A DNA stretch of 64,000 nt from Chryseobacterium sp. (GTDB lineage Bacteria; Bacteroidota; Bacteroidia; Flavobacteriales; Weeksellaceae). Made by a program: the position numbers and the translations under genes. A model generated the notes under the pieces. That model saw only the letters and a list, made by a program, of their open reading frames with translations. It had not been told where the DNA came from and did not search any database. This document shows positions 57,609-64,000 of the stretch, one piece after another. The stretch is taken from NCBI GenBank assembly GCA_039595375.1, contig JBCNLQ010000011.1:10684-74683 (forward strand). The letters run 5' to 3'. Position 1 is the first letter of the stretch. Every line of letters starts with the position of its first letter.

Positions 57609-57654
57609 TTAGAGAAAAGACTTTAGACATTGGAGTCTATCTAAAATATAACTG

Positions 57655-57690
57655 GAAAGCCATTCGACTATCGGATGGCTTTCTTTTTTT
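57655..57690 (+). terminator. Terminator after htrA
   Basis: gaaagccattcga / tcggatggctttc hairpin followed by a T run. Confidence 0.75.
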
Positions 57691-57720
57691 TTGGTAGATT
57701 TGCAACTGTAAAAATCAAAT

Positions 57721-58938
57721 ATGAAACTATTCAATTCATATATCAAAACTTTCAAAGGGCTTTCCAGAGAAGCTTGGATGTTGTCTATTGTAATGCTTAT
57801 CAACCGTTCTGGGTCGATGGTGTTGCCGTTTTTGGGAGTCTATATGACAGACCATCTGAATTTTTCTTTGGAAAATGCAGGAATTGTTTTAAGTTTTTAC
57901 GGGATTGGTTCCGTTGTCGGCTCCTGGCTGGGCGGTTTTCTTACGGATAAGTTCGGGGAGTATTATATCCAGAGTTGGAGTTTATTTCTCAGCGCACCAA
58001 TTTTCATCATCATTCCTTTTTTTCCTAGTGTGGAGATGATGGCGTTTCTCATTTTCCTCCAAAGTACAATCAGTGATACGTTTAGACCGGCTAACTCTGT
58101 TGCCATTACCAAATATGCGCGACCAGAAAATTTGACGAAGGCTTTTTCACTCAACAGGATGGCTATTAATCTTGGTTTCTCAATTGGGCCTGCTTTGGGC
58201 GGAATTTTGTCTGGTATTTCTTACAACTTTTTGTTCGTGGTAAATGCCATCGGTGGTATGACGGCGGGTATTATTTACGTTATCTTTTTCCGAAAGCGAA
58301 ATAAAATCTTCCGTGAGAAAAAGAGGCTGGAGCCCGAGAAGACGATTGAAAAATCTTTAGTAAAGTCGCCGTACCGAGATTTTCCGTTTATGATTTACAG
58401 TGTTCTGTGTACCATTTTCGCCATTTGCTTTTTTCAGTTTTTAAATACGATTCCTATTTTCTACAAAGACGTTGCGAAGCTGAGCCAGAGCACTATTGGT
58501 TTCATTTTGGGTTACAGTGGCTTCATCATTGTGTTGATGGAAATGCCTTTGGTGAGTATTGCAGAGCGGACTTTGAAAATTCCTCAGATTTTGTTTGTTG
58601 GGATTTTTCTTTGTGGATTGGCATATCTCACGATGGTTTTCGGGAGTTCTCTTCCTTTTCTGATATTTTCTATGACGGTTTTATCTATCGGCGAGATGTT
58701 GGCGCTTCCATTTATGTCCACTGTTACCGCTTTGCGGGCAGAGCGCGGAAACAAAGGAGCGTATATGGGATTGAACGGGATTGCATTTTCTTTTTCGTTT
58801 ATTATTACGCCATTTCTTGGGACGTATGTCGTAAGTCGGTTTGGATTTGACACGTTGTGGGTTGGGTCTTTTTCGATTTTAGGATTGTCGGCAGTTTTGA
58901 TTTATTTCGTGGTCAAGAAGATGATTCCGGCGCGGTAA
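57721..58938 (+). CDS. MFS transporter
   Basis: GGFLTDKFG motif, about 12 TM segments. Confidence 0.92.
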   Translation: MKLFNSYIKTFKGLSREAWMLSIVMLINRSGSMVLPFLGVYMTDHLNFSLENAGIVLSFYGIGSVVGSWLGGFLTDKFGEYYIQSWSLFLSAPIFIIIPFFPSVEMMAFLIFLQSTISDTFRPANSVAITKYARPENLTKAFSLNRMAINLGFSIGPALGGILSGISYNFLFVVNAIGGMTAGIIYVIFFRKRNKIFREKKRLEPEKTIEKSLVKSPYRDFPFMIYSVLCTIFAICFFQFLNTIPIFYKDVAKLSQSTIGFILGYSGFIIVLMEMPLVSIAERTLKIPQILFVGIFLCGLAYLTMVFGSSLPFLIFSMTVLSIGEMLALPFMSTVTALRAERGNKGAYMGLNGIAFSFSFIITPFLGTYVVSRFGFDTLWVGSFSILGLSAVLIYFVVKKMIPAR

Positions 58939-59030
58939 TTTATTTTTTATGATTGAAATATTGTGGAATTTGGGCTGCGAAAGACAAACTTGATAATGTT
59001 AACTTTAGTTGTTTGGATACTGAACCTGCA

Positions 59031-59130
59031 ACCCGACTTGAACGGAAATCCTTTTTTGCGTGCACTCAACTTCTAATTGATATTGAAACTTCCTGCAAAA
59101 AAGATTGGGAGTGGAAGGCGGAATAGTTGC
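59031..59130. repeat. Dispersed structured intergenic element, copy 2
   Basis: acccgacttgaacggaaatccttttttgc...gcaaaaaagattgggagtggaaggcggaatag; homologous to 2894-3022. Confidence 0.65.
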
Positions 59131-59239
59131 CATAAAAATTACAATCGGCAACTTGTTTCGGGGTGTGATGGGTTGAGGCTAATTAATTCGGTTACAAATC
59201 AATAAAAAAACTATTTTTGTTGCACTCAAATTTGATACA

Positions 59240-60823
59240 ATGAATCCGGGAACTGTTTTATTACTTTTCGTTTTTGCCTATTTTATTGGCCTTTTGATAA
59301 TTTCTTATTTCACGAGTCGCAACTCGGACAACCAGTCTTTTTTCATCGGAAACAAGAAGAGCAAATGGTGGTTAGTGGCGTTTGGGATGATTGGAACATC
59401 ACTTTCTGGCGTTACTTTTATCTCGGTTCCAGGGACGGTTGGTAAATTTTTGGGTGGCGAAAATCCATTTGGCGGTTTTGAATATTATATGATGGTGATT
59501 GGGTTTTTCATCGGCTACTTCATCGTTGCCGGGGTTTTGCTCCCACTCTATTACCGGATGAATCTGACTTCGATTTACACTTATCTGGGAAAAAGATTTA
59601 ATGTAGAAGCGCATAAGATTGGATCTAGTTTCTTTATTATTTCCAGAGCTATAGGCGCCACTGCAAGATTATATCTGGTGGTTAATATTTTGCAGATTTT
59701 TCTGCTGGAGAATCTGGGTGTTCCGTTTTGGGTAACGGCTTTTGTACTGCTGCTGATGATTTTGCTCTACACTTTTGAAGGCGGTGTGAAAACGATTGTG
59801 ATTACCGATACATTGCAGACTTCTTTTATGATTATCAGTCTGTTTGCTTGTATTTTTTATATTTTGTCTAATCTTAATTTGTCTTTTGGCGAGGCATTTA
59901 CAATTCTGGAGCAGAAGCAATACACGCACTTTATCAATACGGATGTGAATTCCAAAACCTTCTTCCTGAAAACCATTCTGGGCGGGATGTTTATCACTAT
60001 TGCGATGACGGGTCTGGACCAGGAAATGATGCAGAAAAACATCTCTGTGGACAACCTGAAAAACTCCAAGAAAAATATGCTCACCTTTGCCGGAACATTG
60101 CTTTTTGTGAATCTGGCGTTCCTGTTTTTGGGTGGTTTGCTTTATCTTTTTGCGATACAACACGGTGCAGATTATGGTCATATTTCTACAATTACAGATG
60201 GAAAACAAGTGATTACGAATACTTTTGGATTCAAAGATTCTGCGGGCAACATCAAGAATATAATGGGCGACGATTTGTTTCCTGCATTGTCTCTGAATCA
60301 TTTTCCGATGGCTATTTCCGTGATTTTCATCATCGGGTTGATTTCCGCTTTGTTTCCTTCTGCAGATGGCGCATTGACAGCCGTTACCAGTTCCTATTGT
60401 GTTGATTTGCTGAATCTGAACGAGGATAAAAACAAAACCGAAAAAGAAAAAAAGAGTCTCAGAATGAAAGTTCATTTGACCTTTACAGTGATTTTCTTTG
60501 TATTGATAATGATTTTCAAGGCGTTGAATGACAAATCTATTGTTTACCTGATAATGGAAATCGCAGGTTACACTTATGGGCCACTGTTGGGATTATTTGC
60601 TTTCGGAATTTTGACAAAACATCAAATCACGAAGAAATATTCCATTTTGGCAGTGACGATTTTGGCGCCTGTTGCGACTTATCTGATTAATTATTTGGTA
60701 ACTAATAATACGGATTACAAAATTGGCGTGGAATTGATTATTCTGAATGGGTTTTTGACGTTTGTTGGGTTGTGGATGGTGAAGGCGAAAAGTAATATTG
60801 GAGGTAAAGTTTCAATTAATTAG
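59240..60823 (+). CDS. Sodium:solute symporter
   Basis: GTSLSGVTFISVPG, GGVKTIVITD, GLDQEMMQK. Confidence 0.92.
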   Translation: MNPGTVLLLFVFAYFIGLLIISYFTSRNSDNQSFFIGNKKSKWWLVAFGMIGTSLSGVTFISVPGTVGKFLGGENPFGGFEYYMMVIGFFIGYFIVAGVLLPLYYRMNLTSIYTYLGKRFNVEAHKIGSSFFIISRAIGATARLYLVVNILQIFLLENLGVPFWVTAFVLLLMILLYTFEGGVKTIVITDTLQTSFMIISLFACIFYILSNLNLSFGEAFTILEQKQYTHFINTDVNSKTFFLKTILGGMFITIAMTGLDQEMMQKNISVDNLKNSKKNMLTFAGTLLFVNLAFLFLGGLLYLFAIQHGADYGHISTITDGKQVITNTFGFKDSAGNIKNIMGDDLFPALSLNHFPMAISVIFIIGLISALFPSADGALTAVTSSYCVDLLNLNEDKNKTEKEKKSLRMKVHLTFTVIFFVLIMIFKALNDKSIVYLIMEIAGYTYGPLLGLFAFGILTKHQITKKYSILAVTILAPVATYLINYLVTNNTDYKIGVELIILNGFLTFVGLWMVKAKSNIGGKVSIN

Positions 60824-60830
60824 TTTTTAT

Positions 60831-61511
60831 ATGATTACATCGGCTGAATTTAAAAAACATATCTCAAAAACTTTATCTGAAAGCTTAAAGGAATTTGGTT
60901 TTAAAGGAAGTGGATTTCATTATAGAAAAGAATCTGAAAATTTTATTTTTATAATTGGAATTCAAGCAAGTCAGTATGGCGGAAAATGTTGCGTAGAATT
61001 AAGAATTCATCCAAAGGAAATGACTGATTTATTTGGTAGTGAAATAAATTTCAAAACCTTAAAATATTATGAATGTGAATTCCGAGCAAGACTAATAAAA
61101 ATTCAAGTAAAAAATTGGTGGAATGTTTTCATTAAAAACTTTGACAACCAATGGTGGGATTATTCTAATTCTGAAAAAACAAATATAAAAACTGCTGAAA
61201 ATATAATTTCAAGTATTAAAAATGAAGCACTTCCAATTATAGAAGCATTTCAAAATGAGAATTACATTCTTGATAATTTGGGGTTTTCCGACTTGCAAAA
61301 TCCTCGTAAAAAATTATCTGGTTTAAATGTTATTGGTACTGAAGTTCGTCTCATTTGGGCTCTATCAAAAATTTATGAAAAAAGAAATTCACAAAAAGCA
61401 GTTGAATATGCAAAACTTGGACTTTCTAAGTTAGAGCCAAATGATAAATTTTTAGGGAAGCAAGATTTTGAAAATATCATCATTAAATTTTCAGAAAATA
61501 ATTCTAAATGA
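60831..61511 (+). CDS. DUF4304-like protein
   Basis: LKEFGFKGSG..YR.......I.IQ.S pattern; AT-rich; start placed at MITSAEF. Confidence 0.55.
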   Translation: MITSAEFKKHISKTLSESLKEFGFKGSGFHYRKESENFIFIIGIQASQYGGKCCVELRIHPKEMTDLFGSEINFKTLKYYECEFRARLIKIQVKNWWNVFIKNFDNQWWDYSNSEKTNIKTAENIISSIKNEALPIIEAFQNENYILDNLGFSDLQNPRKKLSGLNVIGTEVRLIWALSKIYEKRNSQKAVEYAKLGLSKLEPNDKFLGKQDFENIIIKFSENNSK

Positions 61512-61921
61512 AAACCCACACCACCAATTACACCAATACCTTGATAGAAATTGAGGAAGATTCTCCGGTTTCTGCATCGGTGATTTCGGTTGTGAAAAAT
61601 GATAAAAAGACCATAGCCAATTATCAATACGAGAAATTGTCCAAACATCCTCTGAAATATACTTCCGACGAATTGCTGTTCGAAATTTTTGCAGAACGTA
61701 ATGAGATTTCTCCTTCGGAACTGGAAGAAGAGCAACAGAAGTTTTTCTCCAAAGGTCAGCCTTGTTTGCGGACTTCGCCTTTGGCCAAGAAAAATGGATT
61801 CGGTATTTTTCATAATCAGGATTCGAAAATTAAGCTGGTTCCTGTGGAGTCCGAGGAATATCATGAATTACTGCGAAATGAAAGTGTTGTGAAAGTGAAG
61901 GCGATGCGGTCTAAGAAATGA
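61508..61921 (+). CDS. DUF6157-like protein
   Basis: MKTHTTNYTNTLIEI...FFSKGQPCLRTSPLAK..G.G...AMRS. Confidence 0.7.
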   Translation: MKTHTTNYTNTLIEIEEDSPVSASVISVVKNDKKTIANYQYEKLSKHPLKYTSDELLFEIFAERNEISPSELEEEQQKFFSKGQPCLRTSPLAKKNGFGIFHNQDSKIKLVPVESEEYHELLRNESVVKVKAMRSKK

Positions 61922-62062
61922 TTTTGGAAACACTTAAGTCACTTGAGCATTTTCATCTAATTGAAAATTAAGTTCACTTGAGATTGAAATTCATAGATTT
62001 TCGACTTGCGTGTTCTAAGGTTTACTTAATATCTTCAAAGCTAAAAAATCTTAAGTGTTTAA

Positions 62063-62626
62063 ATGACTTATAATTTTAAAATCAATTCCGACCAAGAAAT
62101 CTCTCGACTATTCCTGAAAAACAATTGTTCAGATTTTCTTTCAGCTTCGAAATTCATCCGAAATTTGCCTTACCGAAGAAACCCAAACAAAGATAATCTT
62201 ACAACAGTCTTCATTGATGAATGTGGAACTTGCAGCACAAAACACGCCGTTCTGAAAATATTAGCTAAAGAAAATCATCAACAAGATTTCAAATTGATCC
62301 TCGGGATTTTCAAGATGAACGGCAACAATACACCGAAAATAAAATCGGTTCTAGAAACTTACAATCTTGATTATATTCCAGAAGCGCATAATTATCTGAA
62401 GTCCAATAATCAGATTCTGGATTTCACAAAAAAGAATGCGTCTGAAAATGATTTTATCGATGACCTTTTGGAAGAAACAGACATCCAACCTCATCAAATC
62501 AGTCAATTCAAAATCGAATTCCATAAAAACTATCTGAAAAATTGGCTTTCGGAAAATCCTGAAATCCCTTATTCTTTGGACGAATTATGAAAGATTCGGG
62601 AAGAATGCATCGAGTCCTTAAGTTAG
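62063..62626 (+). pseudogene. Conserved hypothetical protein (GTCSTKHA motif) with a probable nonsense TGA near its C-terminus
   Basis: ORF stops at TGA 62588-62590; the frame continues KIREECIESLS* to 62626. Confidence 0.55.
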
Positions 62627-62704
62627 ATTTTATGAATCATCCGCAATGGATTAATCAATCTGCAAGGCATCATTATTGTAGCGGAAAAGCTTTATTATTG
62701 TTCT

Positions 62705-63697
62705 ATGAAAAAGTTTTTCGCACTCGCATTTCTTATTATTTCACATTTAATTTTCAGTCAGTCAAGCCGTCCGGTTCTGGACATTATGCTGACGAATTAC
62801 AAATATCCTTATTCCGTTCAATTCATTGATATCAAAAGTCAGAACCAGGATTTGAAAATGGCCTATATGGACATCCAACCAGAAAAATCCAATGGAAAAA
62901 CAGTGGTTCTTCTTCACGGGAAAAACTTCAATGGTGCATACTGGAAAACGACAATTCAGGCTTTGACGAAAGAAGGCTATCGGGTGGTTGTTCCTGACCA
63001 GATTGGATTTGGAAAATCCTCAAAGCCAGCGGAATATCAGTTCACCTTCCAGCAATTGGCTCAAAATACGATGGCAATTTTGGATCATCTGAAAATCGAC
63101 AAAATCTATCTTCTCGGACATTCTATGGGCGGAATGTTAGCGACAAGATTTGCTTTGATGTATCCAGAAACAGTTGAGAAATTAATCCTAGAAAACCCCA
63201 TTGGTCTGGAAGACTGGAAGCTGGTGGCGCCGTACACTTCCATCGACAAAAATTACGAAACTGAACTGAAAGCAGATTACGAATCGACCAAAAAATATCA
63301 AAGTAATTTCTACTACGACAACCAATGGAAACCGGAATATGACGAATGGGTTTACCTTTTAACCGGCTGGACGAAAGCACCTGATTATCCAAAAGTCGCT
63401 CTGGTAAATGCCAAAACTTCCGATATGATTTTTACGCAACCTGTGGTTTATGAATTCCAAAATCTGAATGTGCCCACGCTTTTAATCATCGGAACAAGAG
63501 ACAGAACAGCGATTGGAAAAGCCAATGTTAAAGACAAAAAAGTGGCTGAATCAATGGGACGATATGACTTACTGGGCAAAGCCACTCAACAAAAAATAAA
63601 AGGTTCAAAATTGGTAGAAATTGAAAATGTAGGGCATCTTCCGCACATCGAAGTTTTTGAACAATTCATAAATCCTGTCAAAGCATTTTTAAAATAA
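62705..63697 (+). CDS. Exported alpha/beta hydrolase
   Basis: Signal peptide; LLHGKNF, PDQIGFGKSSKP, GHSMGG, GHLPH. Confidence 0.9.
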   Translation: MKKFFALAFLIISHLIFSQSSRPVLDIMLTNYKYPYSVQFIDIKSQNQDLKMAYMDIQPEKSNGKTVVLLHGKNFNGAYWKTTIQALTKEGYRVVVPDQIGFGKSSKPAEYQFTFQQLAQNTMAILDHLKIDKIYLLGHSMGGMLATRFALMYPETVEKLILENPIGLEDWKLVAPYTSIDKNYETELKADYESTKKYQSNFYYDNQWKPEYDEWVYLLTGWTKAPDYPKVALVNAKTSDMIFTQPVVYEFQNLNVPTLLIIGTRDRTAIGKANVKDKKVAESMGRYDLLGKATQQKIKGSKLVEIENVGHLPHIEVFEQFINPVKAFLK

Positions 63698-64000
63698 TGA
63701 GTGACATTTCTTCAAACCAGGAATCTCAACTTTCCAAATCCCAGGTTCTCGGGATGGCTGTTGTAGCCGGAATTTGTGTTTCCAATATCTACTACGCACA
63801 ACCGATTTTACATCAGATTGCAGAAACTTTCAAAGTCACAGAAAGCAAAATGGGAATTATGGTCGGTCTGGGACAAGTTGGTTATGGTGCAGGATTATTG
63901 ACCTTGGTTCCACTCGGCGACAAAGTCAATCGGAAAAAACTAATTCTTATTTTGCTGGCCATTTTATTCTGCATCTTGGCTGGAATCGGAATAGTTTCCA
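63697..64000 (+). CDS. MFS transporter (YnfM-like), 3' truncated by window edge
   Basis: MSDISS...SNIYYAQPIL...QVGYGAGLLTLVPLGDKVNRKKL. Confidence 0.85.
   Translation, partial: MSDISSNQESQLSKSQVLGMAVVAGICVSNIYYAQPILHQIAETFKVTESKMGIMVGLGQVGYGAGLLTLVPLGDKVNRKKLILILLAILFCILAGIGIVS

Noticed and set aside
59669-60475. 268-aa antisense ORF, plus similar shadow ORFs such as 16270-16791, 45950-46426, 51349-51804 and 12514-12768
   Set aside because: They lie opposite well-supported genes, have no recognisable motifs and are explained by codon bias of the sense gene.
50883-62590. TGA recoded as Trp (alternative genetic code), suggested by two in-frame TGAs
   Set aside because: Intact genes end at TGA (51242-44, 61509-11, 61919-21), and read-through is not needed in any housekeeping ORF.

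Overview
64-kb window from an AT-rich Bacteroidota chromosome. Gene content and TAnnTTTG promoters point to Weeksellaceae (Chryseobacterium/Epilithonimonas-like); this assignment is inferred. Most of the window is housekeeping: a Thr-Tyr-Gly-Thr tRNA operon, raiA-xerC-rpsU, pdhB, an ABC-F ATPase, a TonB receptor, cysH-cysD-cysN, the T9SS core gldKLMN, glmS, panC, Lys-Leu-Lys tRNAs, aroK, mtaB, htrA and transporters. One accessory island at about 40.5-54.7 kb stands out. It holds a minus-strand polymorphic-toxin locus with no T6SS/VgrG/PAAR genes in the window: a T9SS-CTD beta-propeller protein, a signal-peptide YD-repeat/DUF5977 protein (broken by a TGA and a +1 homopolymer frameshift), a signal-peptide DUF6443 Rhs protein, and three toxin-tip/putative-immunity pairs. 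All three tips carry a metzincin HExxHxxGxxH motif. The island is bounded on the left by nested IS1/IS3 remnants. On the right are an 11-bp phased repeat array, two adjacent MITE-like elements and a DUF6266-like gene. Other observations: short repeats inserted in frame in the T9SS cargo gene, a two-copy conserved bulged-hairpin element, and a secreted LEA-like 11-mer repeat protein. All domain names come from motif recognition, not database searches.
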